NCBI GenBank assembly: GCA_963826715.1
Contig: CAWGYA010000002.1
Coordinates: 448,001 to 512,000 of the forward strand
Direction: 5' to 3'
DNA length: 64,000 bases
From: Candidatus Bathyarchaeota archaeon
GTDB taxonomy: Archaea > Thermoproteota > Bathyarchaeia > Bathyarchaeales > Bathycorpusculaceae
The position numbers and the translations under genes were made by a program. Under the pieces are notes generated by a model. That model saw nothing but the letters and a program-made list of their open reading frames with translations, had not been told where the DNA came from and searched no databases. Shown in pieces: positions 8,990-18,896 of this stretch; positions within the stretch are counted from its first letter, which is position 1, and every line of letters begins with the position of its first letter.

Positions 8990-10252
8990 TTACAGTTCCC
9001 ACCATTCACCATCATCGTGCACTTCAACATTAGAAAAAATTTCGTTATAACGTTTTGGAAAGAAAGTGTGTATCGGAACAACCTTTGCGGGATTGATTGC
9101 TTCGACGATTTTCTTTAGGTCTTTGAGGCTTGCATGTCCCGAGGTGTGAATGCTGATCTTTGGGATAGCATTTTTTTCTAGCCATTCTTTTAGTTTCTTG
9201 TATGAGTCTTGTTCCCAATAGCCTTCCCATTGAGAATAAATGTAAGCAGCCCCCTCCAAGCAATTGCCTAGTTCAAGATCGCGGCAATGCAGAGGTCGGA
9301 AAAGTAAAACCGATTTATCCCTTGTTTCTCGTAAGTTTTCAACGAAAATTCTTTTTGCTGCATGGTGCTTTAGCAGATCAAACCAGGCGTTTTCTTTAAT
9401 CTGGATGCGTTGTGCTTGGGGAACGAAAAGCGCAACGTCTGGCCAGTTGGATTGTGGAATGTTTGGGTTGCCGGTTGCTTCCAGAATGGCAGCGGTGTAG
9501 AGGTCGATGATTAGTTTTCTTCCTGTTCGTTTGCAAGCTCGTATGATAGAGACGACACGGTCAATATTTTGGGCTGATGCGTGAACTAGAACCAAACCTT
9601 CAGTTTTTGAGAAGGCTTGCACAAGTTGTGCTTCAATATCTGATTCTGTTGGAAATTGTTGGTCGTCTTTGAGTCTTCCAAGTGAAGATCCTTCCAAAAG
9701 TAGTGCATTTATATTCTTGGGAGGATTTTTAATCAGATTCTCTACCAAAACCGCTTTGCGACCATGAATGCGCAAATCACCGCTGTAGAAGAGGCGTTTT
9801 CCCCCACTTTCGATTAAGAGGGCATATGCGTCATAAGCAGCGTGGTCAACGAGAAAGGGGGTTATTTGAAAGGGACCAACATCAAAGCTTTGTTCCGATT
9901 TGAAATCCCAGCCCTTTGCGGGAATAGGCCAGTTGCCCGGCAAAAAAGGAGCTGCTGCCGTTAGGATTCGGCGAGCCGCGGATCCCATTCCCACTGGAAT
10001 TTTCGGGGAGATATGAGTTAGCAATCCAAAATGGTCAAGGTGGGGATGGGAAATAAGGATACCCAGTAACGATGGATCGCTACTGTCTAATCCGACGATA
10101 TCAGGTAAATACTGGACACTATTGTTTTCTGCATCCAGCGGTAAGCCCAAATCAATAAGCAGCCGCTGACCAAAGTTTTCCACTTCAACACAGCTGCCTC
10201 CAATTTGTTTACTCCCACGATGAATACATACTCGCATGATGTTTCTTTCCAC
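8990..10252 (-). CDS. Metallo-beta-lactamase / beta-CASP RNase J-like nuclease
   Basis: IGGSCVE, SHPHLDHFG (HxHxDH), DH, YSGD, HTSGHA, PIH motifs. Confidence 0.88.
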   Translation of the reverse strand: MERNIMRVCIHRGSKQIGGSCVEVENFGQRLLIDLGLPLDAENNSVQYLPDIVGLDSSDPSLLGILISHPHLDHFGLLTHISPKIPVGMGSAARRILTAAAPFLPGNWPIPAKGWDFKSEQSFDVGPFQITPFLVDHAAYDAYALLIESGGKRLFYSGDLRIHGRKAVLVENLIKNPPKNINALLLEGSSLGRLKDDQQFPTESDIEAQLVQAFSKTEGLVLVHASAQNIDRVVSIIRACKRTGRKLIIDLYTAAILEATGNPNIPQSNWPDVALFVPQAQRIQIKENAWFDLLKHHAAKRIFVENLRETRDKSVLLFRPLHCRDLELGNCLEGAAYIYSQWEGYWEQDSYKKLKEWLEKNAIPKISIHTSGHASLKDLKKIVEAINPAKVVPIHTFFPKRYNEIFSNVEVHDDGEWWEL

Positions 10253-10519
10253 TAAATTACTGAATGATTAATTATATTTGTTTACTGAAGTGATTTGCTC
10301 GCGTGTTATATTTTTCTGAGTTCAAAGAATAAAATTCCAAAAACATTGGAAAAACGCCCAATTTTTGCAGCAAAATACGCTTGATAAACGCTTGGATTAG
10401 CTGAAGCGCAACGAAAACGGCTTAAACTCACTGAAAAATTCCAAGAAGTAACCGTGAAATTTCACTACTACTGCCCTATCACCTGACCTATTTAGTTGAT
10501 AGGTCCTCATGCGCTTGCG

Positions 10520-13500
10520 TTAGGTTAATCCAAGTCTGCCGAGTCTGACTCTGATTTCGGTTCTTCGTCTTTGATGTTTTTGAGCAATTTCTCTAATAGT
10601 AAGATTTTGTTTGTATTCAGCGATTAGATCTTGCACTTCTGCCTCTGTCCAATTTTCATAAGCTCTGTCATAGTTAGGTCTAACTTTTTGAGGAGAATCC
10701 TTGGTTACCCAAAGGTTCCGGTTATCCACTTCAGTTACTCTAAAGAAAACAGCCACTCCCGTCTTCTCTGAAACATTAACCAAGTATTTTTCAGCGGCAA
10801 CAAGCTTGTCAAGTTTACGTCTGTCTTTCTGACTCTCCGCAAAATTCAGGTTAGTTGCTTTCCGTCTTATTTGAAATGCAGCTTTGATTTCGTTTCCTTC
10901 TTTCCAAATAACGCTGATAAATCGCTTATAGCCATCGTTAAAAAGATTAAGAGCTTCATATTCAGTATAAGCCTTAAAACCTAAATCTTGTCCGATTTGC
11001 CAAATTCTTCGTTCTGCATTCAATCTAACTTCTTTTCCGGGTTGGACTTTGCCGAAGGCTTTGACGAGATTTGTTGGATTTGAGATGTCGGTTTTTTGGA
11101 GTCTAATAAAAGATTCTCCGGATACATTAGGTTGGTTTTCAGGTTTGGTGTTTTCTGAGATTACTCTGATAGTGGGCTTTTGCTCAGAGTTCGATAGTCT
11201 GCTGTTGGTGTTTTGGTTAGCTAGGTATTCTTTGATTATACTGTCTATACCGAAGTTTCTTATCAGTTGTGCAACTGTCTTTTTTGCTCTGAATGCAATC
11301 ATGCTTTCTGCTGATTCGAATTGAGCCAAGATATTCAGACTGCCATAATATATCACCGAATTGTCAACAAGTGCAAGTTTGAAGTGAAATTTGTCAAATT
11401 CTTCAAATCCTAATTCTTTTGACGCGAAAATGATTTTAACATTATTTGTTAGAAGATCGTCGACTACTTCGCTTTTTGTTTTTCTGGCTATGATATAGAT
11501 TGGAACACCTTTTTGGGAAATGTTATGAAAATCAGCAAGTAGGGTTTCAACTCTTTTTCTTGATATGAACGGGCTGAAAATCACGATTCTTGATTTTGCT
11601 CTTTTCATATCTTCTAGAAAAGCTTGATAAAAGTTTGTTTGATCGTAGATCGCGAAGTTTGAACCCGTAATGATCTTTGTTTGATCTGAGGACGTATTGT
11701 CTCCATTCGACCAACAACCAGTAATGCTTGAATCTACGATTTCACCCTTAGCTCTTATTTGTTCGAGCACCTGTGGGATTGCATCGTTTACTCCGAAGTT
11801 CTTGTCTATGTATTCGCTGTTTCCCACTAAGAAGAATTTTCCCATTGCTCTAGATATTGCTACGTTTATTAAGCGTCCTGGCTCTGAGCGTCTAAAAGGC
11901 CCTTGTGTCAGTAGTCCTGGGCTCAAAGGTTTTCCTTCGACGAGGTCGAATATTATGCAGTCCCTTTCGCTACCTTGAAAGCGGTGTATAGTTGAAGCTA
12001 CAATTTGTGTTGGATCTGCATCATTGTCGTATAGTATCCTAGATATGAGTTTTGCTTGGGCACTATATGGTGTAACAACTCCAACTTTGATTTTGAGACC
12101 TTTTTTTGATGCTTCTTGAACGCATTTCAGAGCTAAATTTGCTGAAACAACTGCAGAGTAAGGACTAATTCTGGAGAAGGAGTTCTTTGGTCTCGCTATG
12201 TAAGGATCAGTTGTGGCAGTATCGCAAAATATTAGAGCTTTATCTTCAAATGGGGGTAATTTTGCAAATTGCTCTTTTAGAACCGCAACATTTTCTGGAG
12301 TTTTGAGTTTTCCATCATATACAACTTCACTAATCAAGTTGCAGATAGAAGGGTGCATTCGGTACTGTTCTCTTAACATGACAAGTCTTTCATCATCTCT
12401 GTTGGAATCTACACGTTCCAATATTCCAGCTTGTGAAAATATGTCTCTTTTTAGCCATTTTTGAACGGCAGGAGTTCTGCCTTGGGCTATGGGAGAGAGC
12501 TGCCTGAAATCTCCAGAAATTACATAATGGCTTGAGCATAAGCCCGCTAAGTAGAAAATATTCGGTAATGGAGCCATACTGGCTTCGTCAACGATTAGGA
12601 CATCAAATTTTTCTTTGATTATTGATTGATCAATACATGCTCGAGCGATCGTTGTAGCTATGACAAGCTTTTCTTTTAGGATGGTTTTTTGTGCTTCCGC
12701 TAGATTTCGCTGAAGATTGCTTACTTCATTTTCACGGTTTTGATTCTTTTGTAAAAGATCCGCTTTCTTTTTTCGGATTAAGTCAATTGTTAGTATTTCG
12801 CCACTTTGTTGGTCAACTTTAGTGTTTGTTTTAATTCTAGCAGTAATTATTTTCTGCTCCTGAATGAGAGAATAAAAAGTTTTTTCAAAGCTCAGTAATT
12901 CAAGTTGAGAGATCTTGTACTTATTTTCATACGTCTTAATGTCATTCTCAATATTTTCTTTTCTGATCCCTGAAAAAATTCTTTTTAAGACACTCGCATT
13001 TTTCGCGGATTCTAACATTTGACAAGAAGTCGATAATAGTTCCTTGAACTGTTCTTGATTTTTCTTTGCAGTTTCAATTTTACTTCGGACAATTTCTATA
13101 TTCATTTGAGTTTTTCTTAAATCACTATTTAATTCTTTTAAAAGTAAATCGTTCGAAACAATGTTTTTCTCTTGTTCATTGTATACGACAATTTTTTGGG
13201 TATCAAGATCTATTTCTTTTTGTATGCTTGCAATAATATTTTTGGTATGTTCGTTTCTTTTTTCGGCGATGACTTTTGGAATTAGTAAAGTCATTCTTTC
13301 GTCTTCAAGCGAGGGATTGCCTAATCGAATTATCTTCCCTTGTTGAATAAAAGAATCATTCTCCTTATTGTCGAGGAATTTTCGGAGTATTTCGTCAACA
13401 GCTGCATTAGTATTAGCTGTAAGTAGTACTTTTTTTCCTGCTGCAATGAGAAGCCCAAGAATAAATGCCAAGGTTTTCGTTTTTCCAGTACCTGGAGGTC

Positions 13501-14104
13501 CCCAAATGAATGTGATCTCTTGACTCAAAGCTTTCCGAATAGCAATTTCTTGTTCACAGTTGGGCTTAAAGGCAACCAACTTTTGTTCACTGAATGATAT
13601 TGGCGTAAAATAGTCAGGTTGATCGAAGCCGAAAAGTTTCATGCTTCCATCTATGTTTATTGCAAATTCTCCGGACTTGATATTTGCAAGCTTGATGTTT
13701 AGTTTCTCAAGTAGGAAAAAAGAGGAATCTTCAAGGGTTGCTTCTTCTATGTACTCTCCTCGGTCAATTTCTAATGCAACATTGATATTTTCTTTGTCAG
13801 CCGAATCAAGTCTTCCAAAAATCTCCTCACCGTTAATTTTAACTGTCAATTCGGTTTGTGGTTTGCGTTTGAACCAGTCATCGACATCGTCTGATGAAAA
13901 TTTGTAAACGTTTACCATATTACTTCTGAAAATTCTGTGGCCATCATATACCTCTGTTTTTCTGCCAGCATTTTGCCTTTTTAACTCTCCGATCTCATCT
14001 ATCAAAGCAGTCTGGAATTCCGAAATCAGAACATTAGGATCAAAAGAGCCAGAAGCCGCAGCTCCCCAGCTCATTCTAGATGTATCGTGATCTTGAACAC
14101 CCAA
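10520..14104 (-). CDS. SF1B (Upf1/DNA2-like) helicase with coiled coil and PLD domain; Mokosh type II-like architecture
   Basis: GPPGTGKT, DEASM, GDFRQL, QYRMHP, FQGSE, NVAISRA; then FHFK...D...GSLN PLD motif; extra C-terminal domains. Confidence 0.8.
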   Translation of the reverse strand: MGVQDHDTSRMSWGAAASGSFDPNVLISEFQTALIDEIGELKRQNAGRKTEVYDGHRIFRSNMVNVYKFSSDDVDDWFKRKPQTELTVKINGEEIFGRLDSADKENINVALEIDRGEYIEEATLEDSSFFLLEKLNIKLANIKSGEFAINIDGSMKLFGFDQPDYFTPISFSEQKLVAFKPNCEQEIAIRKALSQEITFIWGPPGTGKTKTLAFILGLLIAAGKKVLLTANTNAAVDEILRKFLDNKENDSFIQQGKIIRLGNPSLEDERMTLLIPKVIAEKRNEHTKNIIASIQKEIDLDTQKIVVYNEQEKNIVSNDLLLKELNSDLRKTQMNIEIVRSKIETAKKNQEQFKELLSTSCQMLESAKNASVLKRIFSGIRKENIENDIKTYENKYKISQLELLSFEKTFYSLIQEQKIITARIKTNTKVDQQSGEILTIDLIRKKKADLLQKNQNRENEVSNLQRNLAEAQKTILKEKLVIATTIARACIDQSIIKEKFDVLIVDEASMAPLPNIFYLAGLCSSHYVISGDFRQLSPIAQGRTPAVQKWLKRDIFSQAGILERVDSNRDDERLVMLREQYRMHPSICNLISEVVYDGKLKTPENVAVLKEQFAKLPPFEDKALIFCDTATTDPYIARPKNSFSRISPYSAVVSANLALKCVQEASKKGLKIKVGVVTPYSAQAKLISRILYDNDADPTQIVASTIHRFQGSERDCIIFDLVEGKPLSPGLLTQGPFRRSEPGRLINVAISRAMGKFFLVGNSEYIDKNFGVNDAIPQVLEQIRAKGEIVDSSITGCWSNGDNTSSDQTKIITGSNFAIYDQTNFYQAFLEDMKRAKSRIVIFSPFISRKRVETLLADFHNISQKGVPIYIIARKTKSEVVDDLLTNNVKIIFASKELGFEEFDKFHFKLALVDNSVIYYGSLNILAQFESAESMIAFRAKKTVAQLIRNFGIDSIIKEYLANQNTNSRLSNSEQKPTIRVISENTKPENQPNVSGESFIRLQKTDISNPTNLVKAFGKVQPGKEVRLNAERRIWQIGQDLGFKAYTEYEALNLFNDGYKRFISVIWKEGNEIKAAFQIRRKATNLNFAESQKDRRKLDKLVAAEKYLVNVSEKTGVAVFFRVTEVDNRNLWVTKDSPQKVRPNYDRAYENWTEAEVQDLIAEYKQNLTIREIAQKHQRRRTEIRVRLGRLGLT

Positions 14105-14266
14105 AGCGTTGACGCCGATTACAATTAGCTGGTATGTGTATAAATAACTTAAGAATCTTAAGTCACAATATACTGAAAAAGTTAATTACTTTTACTAATT
14201 TCTCGGCGTGAAACGGTATTTTGGGTATCAAAAACAATTAAATAAATACGGTCTGATCTTCAGTCC

Positions 14267-14413
14267 TCAAATACCTTCATCGTCAAAAAAGAGATCCTCG
14301 GAATCCTGATTATCGCCAGAATCGCCTATTTCGTCGAATCTTAAAGTACCACAGAATTCGCACGCTACCGATTCCTCTTTGTTTTCGTGTCCACAGTTCT
14401 TGCAAGGCCACAT
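14267..14413 (-). CDS. RanBP2-type zinc-finger microprotein with acidic tail (48 aa, not in ORF track)
   Basis: MWPCKNCGHENKEESVACEFCGTLRFDEIGDSGDNQDSEDLFFDDEGI matches W-x-C-x2-C-x3-N-x6-C-x2-C. Confidence 0.75.
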   Translation of the reverse strand: MWPCKNCGHENKEESVACEFCGTLRFDEIGDSGDNQDSEDLFFDDEGI

Positions 14414-14489
14414 AATGATCCCATTTTGTCATTTGATTATGTACGCTTTTACACCTTGTATAACAAAGCAGGTCTCTCTTAATAAGGAG

Positions 14490-17400
14490 CTAAACGCCGG
14501 TTTCGGTCTCGGGCTCTGAAGTTTTCTTAAGATGAACCACACTTTTCTTGCCCTTGAGATAACTTAGTCTAACTTTGAATCTCGTTGGTTCCCCAAGGAG
14601 GTTGTTGTACGGTTCTGATATAATAATGATACCAGGCTCTTTGCCGCTCGACTTAGCTAAATTTGTGACCCTATACAGATAGAACGCCTTGTTTTCGGCT
14701 GAAGTTCTGGCAGCGTCCCACTCGGTGGCGGTCATCTCGATTACTTGGACTTCCCCCCTTGAAGATTTGACTTCAATACGCCTCTCCTCCTTTTCGCACT
14801 TTGATAAGAGGTCAAAGCCACATTTTTCTTTCTCCTTGGATTCAACATTGGGTGTACACCCGTGTTCTTTATTGTGCCTCCATCTCTCGTACTTCTCAAC
14901 GCACTTTATTCCAGCTTGGTCGATCCGACTTCGTTCTTCTTTGTTTGTCACATGTGCCGGCTGTGACTGCCCTCCGCCTGAGCCGCCACAGTGTGGCGCT
15001 TGCGTGGCGGAGTTGGGTTGTACCTCTTCAATATCTCCAAATTCCAGCTCACCAGGAGACCAAAGCTCGAGCACTACTGGCTGAGAGGGGGTCACTGTTG
15101 TTTGTTGGACTGCGGGCGGTTCAGAAGTTGCAGTAGGTTGATGTTCTGTTTTCTCCGAAGCCCCTTGAACCTGGAGAGTAACTTCTGGCGCTTTCTCGAA
15201 CGATTGATGTCTCAGCAGCTCTCTCATCCGCCTTATTTCACTCTCAAATATGCCAACTCTTTGAAGAATGCTTGGCCGCTGTTCTTCTTTTGCTTGTGTA
15301 AGCAGTATGAATGAATCCGCGAGATCAATGTCGAGATAACTGGCGATACAGTTACCTATCTCGCTCGCTAGATGAGCGTTTCCCTGTATCGATGACAAGT
15401 CCTTCGCTCCGAACTTTGAAACATCAACGTAAAGCACATTTTTTGTTTCATCAAGATAAACTCCTCCACTGGAAATCTCAGTTAATGAATTTTCTGCAAG
15501 TGTCAAGGTATAGGATACCCTTAATGACTTTAGTGCCTTTGTCGTAAGCCTTCTCAACAGGGAGGCATCCTCTTTCTCCTTACTCGGTCTTTGCTTGTTA
15601 ACCCTTGCTAGAACGTAGGGTTTCAATTCGGTAAGCAAGGTCTGAAGCAAGACTGAAGCCGAATCATCCTCATCACCCAGCTCGACGTTCGACTCGACGC
15701 TGTCATCTAGCATTTTTATTTCGAATATTCTCTTTATTGCGGCTCCCTTATTCTCGTCGTTCTTAATTGAAAACATCGGCAATTTAGGCCCGAACAGACG
15801 TCCAGTCTCTTCACTTTTTGAATACCAAACATCATCCCTTTCTTCAAACTGGTACGAACCGTTTCTCTGGACTAGCAGTTTTCCATTCTCCATGAATTCC
15901 CTCTGAGGTTCGCTATCTTCTTCTATTCCTTTCGTCTTCAGGATTTCTCTGTAGATTGGGTTTATAACCTCAGGGTCTGGAGGAAATAATCGTGGTATGT
16001 CTATTGCAATTCTCCACCAATCATCGGGGGACACCATATCCAAGCTGTTTCTTACGCCAAGCCTAAGAATGAAGGAAGTAGTGTCCTTTTCCTCAACGTA
16101 TATATATGGAACTAGGTCGCCGAGTTTGTCAAAGACTGACTTGGATTTCAGAAACATTTCTGAGGGTTTTCGGAAACTCCATATAACATAGTTGGATGCG
16201 GGCAGCCAGTTTGTATTCTTAAGCCTCCAGTAGAAGTACGACGTTATTCTTGAATCCTTCCAATACCACTCTCGTGAGTTTTTCCACTGGATATCGCATT
16301 CGCTAAAATGTGAATAATAGTTGTCCCAATTTGAAGCTATAACTGAAAGAATTCTCAGGCATTTTACGGGGTCTGTTATCACTTGATCGAATCTGTCTAG
16401 ACACCAGGATGTTGATAGACGCACGCTATCCTTCGACAAAGGGCTATCGCCTAATTTAACGTGTTCTTGATAGACTGACTCTGTATAATTTTCCCAGAAA
16501 GGCAAACTTGAGTGCGGACTTCCCGAACAATGGCCGCCATACCAGTCGTGATAGTAGCGTTCAGTAAATGGTTCATATTCAGGAATAATCCGGGGAAGCC
16601 ATGAAACGCCCAGCCATTGGTAGAACTTTCCCCAGTCCTGTTTGTCCTCGTCGGTCATTCCCCTGTACGGGCCACTCAAGAAGTTTGACTCCCCATAAAT
16701 GAACTCCAAGTTGTCGTTGTTTGTCCATTCTCTGGAGGCATACACAGAATACGCCGGAGCATATTTTTTGTCCCCCGTGATTGGCACTGGCATTAAACAT
16801 TTTGCCTTGATTCTGGCATCTTCAGGTAAATCGTCGTGAAGCAAAGTCTGCATGAATTCCAGTAACTTCTCTGGTTCAAAAAGTGCTTGTTCTGGCCATT
16901 TTTTCCAAAATTCCTTTATTGCAGGAATTACTGTTTTGGCTATTAAAGAAATAGCTCCATACTCATCTATATTTAGTACTTGGTAAAGAAATGTCCCTCT
17001 TATTGTTAGGGATGTCATCTTTCTGTATTCCTCAACAGCTTTGCCATCAAGAAAACGTAGTTTCAAATCACGAGGAGGCATGGGAGCATTTCCCGATGGT
17101 GGGAAGAAAATTGGGATTTCTGTGGTCGATTCCGGGCTAGCTTGAGAATTGTCCGACAAGAGCAGAAGATTTCTTTTCTTTATTTCGCTGACGAAATTGT
17201 TGTCTTTAGAGGAGTCCACGGCCTTTAGGTAGTTGTGAACCTTGTCAAGAACGGAGTAAGTGGTCGCTACCCACTCGACCTCAGATTTGAAAGAGCTTTC
17301 AAGTAATTCAGGGAGTTCCAACACGTTAAACTGGCATGCACCCATCTTTTCAAGCAAATAACGTCTTTTTTCATTTGAGTCTATGGAGTCATAACACAAT

Positions 17401-18848
17401 CGTGCAGCATAATCTCCTAGAAAAACCGACTTTAGTAATTCTATGTCAGTTTTCAGAGGTGAGATCAATACATAATCCGGTGCTAATGTCTTAGTATTGT
17501 TACGGTTAGGTACGAATGGAAATGAAGAGAGGGTCTCTACAATACGGTTCCACAATGCCTGTTCTATAGTCGAGACATTCGATTCTGCTGGGGGACAAAT
17601 GAAATCCAGTATTTGCCCAGGCTCCTCGATGTTTCTACTGATTGCTGAAAGCACTTTGTCTCTAAACAGCTCTGCTGTTTTGGTTAAGGCAAATTCATTC
17701 AAAAAGTCATCCTGCACTAGCAAACGCCGGTCCACGTTAGTTCTAAAGGTTCCGTGAAGAAGCATTTGGAATGGCGTTCTTTCTTGTGTGGGGAAAAAAA
17801 CGTGGAGTAATTGTGGTCCCGACAGTGGTGCATATTTTTCTTTGGAATCTAAAGCAATAGCAAAGGAGATTTTAACGGACTCTGTGTCCTTCCACATGAC
17901 TGGAAGTTTTTCCCTTATTTCCGCAGGCAATGCAAAAGTTCCGCTGATAAGTTGCCATTGGGTTAAAGTGTCTCCGTCGTTTACGCTGGATCTTTCTTCT
18001 TCAAAAATTGTTCTGTTATCCGTCTCTTTGCTAACTTGAGCTTTTGAGATAGTATATATTCTGTCAGAATCATCAACAATTATTTTCACATTGGTAATAT
18101 TATTCATGAAAAGAACCATTGACGCGTTGATGTCACTAATTTTTTGCATTACAACCTGTTTCGCATTATCACTTGAAAAAGGGAACCTGAAGACGGTGGC
18201 AGACGTGCTTAGCAGACTAGCAAGCGTAGCGTCGGCGGCCACCTCTTTCTCAAAATCCAGCAGATGGGGTAGTCTCAAAATAGGGACCTGACCGTCATTC
18301 TTGTAGGTGCTGAGGGCTTTTAGGGAGTCTGGCGCTTGGGACTTTAAAAAAGCCAGAGTTTTCTCTCTAGAAAACGAAACAGCATTATTATGCCAAAAAA
18401 TCTCTGGTTTATCCGTGAATGATAGCACTGACTTGAAACCGATCCCCTTGAAACCTATTACTGGCGTGTTCTTTCTCTTGGGACTGAGGAAGGCTCTGCA
18501 TATGGATTCCAACCCCTCATTAGAAATTGGATAGCCCCCATTTGCACAATATAGAAATTTTTCCGTGACTTCAAAGATAATCTGGGGCTGGCCGAAATAA
18601 TCCGAGTTTAACGAATTCTCTGAAATCTGGGCATCATCAGCATTCTGCAGGAGTTCAAGAATGAACCGTCCCTGTTCGCTCTCCACAAGATTCACCTCGG
18701 TCCTTGCATCCTCAACAAGCCTCTTAGGTGATTGTATGTATTCCTTTGTGATTTCCGAGGCTATCTTTTCTATGTAGGCCTTTTCAATCATTTTAGTCAA
18801 CAAATTGATATTGACACCAAATTGATTTAAAACTTGCACAAAGAGCAT
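14490..18848 (-). CDS. Sacsin-like GHKL ATPase with C-terminal DUF3883/NOV-type nuclease
   Basis: ELLQNADDA, ANGG, IGFKGIGFKSV, TVFRFPF; C-terminal GFDLLS...IEVKSS...EW. Confidence 0.82.
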   Translation of the reverse strand: MLFVQVLNQFGVNINLLTKMIEKAYIEKIASEITKEYIQSPKRLVEDARTEVNLVESEQGRFILELLQNADDAQISENSLNSDYFGQPQIIFEVTEKFLYCANGGYPISNEGLESICRAFLSPKRKNTPVIGFKGIGFKSVLSFTDKPEIFWHNNAVSFSREKTLAFLKSQAPDSLKALSTYKNDGQVPILRLPHLLDFEKEVAADATLASLLSTSATVFRFPFSSDNAKQVVMQKISDINASMVLFMNNITNVKIIVDDSDRIYTISKAQVSKETDNRTIFEEERSSVNDGDTLTQWQLISGTFALPAEIREKLPVMWKDTESVKISFAIALDSKEKYAPLSGPQLLHVFFPTQERTPFQMLLHGTFRTNVDRRLLVQDDFLNEFALTKTAELFRDKVLSAISRNIEEPGQILDFICPPAESNVSTIEQALWNRIVETLSSFPFVPNRNNTKTLAPDYVLISPLKTDIELLKSVFLGDYAARLCYDSIDSNEKRRYLLEKMGACQFNVLELPELLESSFKSEVEWVATTYSVLDKVHNYLKAVDSSKDNNFVSEIKKRNLLLLSDNSQASPESTTEIPIFFPPSGNAPMPPRDLKLRFLDGKAVEEYRKMTSLTIRGTFLYQVLNIDEYGAISLIAKTVIPAIKEFWKKWPEQALFEPEKLLEFMQTLLHDDLPEDARIKAKCLMPVPITGDKKYAPAYSVYASREWTNNDNLEFIYGESNFLSGPYRGMTDEDKQDWGKFYQWLGVSWLPRIIPEYEPFTERYYHDWYGGHCSGSPHSSLPFWENYTESVYQEHVKLGDSPLSKDSVRLSTSWCLDRFDQVITDPVKCLRILSVIASNWDNYYSHFSECDIQWKNSREWYWKDSRITSYFYWRLKNTNWLPASNYVIWSFRKPSEMFLKSKSVFDKLGDLVPYIYVEEKDTTSFILRLGVRNSLDMVSPDDWWRIAIDIPRLFPPDPEVINPIYREILKTKGIEEDSEPQREFMENGKLLVQRNGSYQFEERDDVWYSKSEETGRLFGPKLPMFSIKNDENKGAAIKRIFEIKMLDDSVESNVELGDEDDSASVLLQTLLTELKPYVLARVNKQRPSKEKEDASLLRRLTTKALKSLRVSYTLTLAENSLTEISSGGVYLDETKNVLYVDVSKFGAKDLSSIQGNAHLASEIGNCIASYLDIDLADSFILLTQAKEEQRPSILQRVGIFESEIRRMRELLRHQSFEKAPEVTLQVQGASEKTEHQPTATSEPPAVQQTTVTPSQPVVLELWSPGELEFGDIEEVQPNSATQAPHCGGSGGGQSQPAHVTNKEERSRIDQAGIKCVEKYERWRHNKEHGCTPNVESKEKEKCGFDLLSKCEKEERRIEVKSSRGEVQVIEMTATEWDAARTSAENKAFYLYRVTNLAKSSGKEPGIIIISEPYNNLLGEPTRFKVRLSYLKGKKSVVHLKKTSEPETETGV

Positions 18849-18896
18849 TTGCTATTGTTTCTTTCTTTAGTCAAGTTTAGGTCTCTCCACTTCTAT

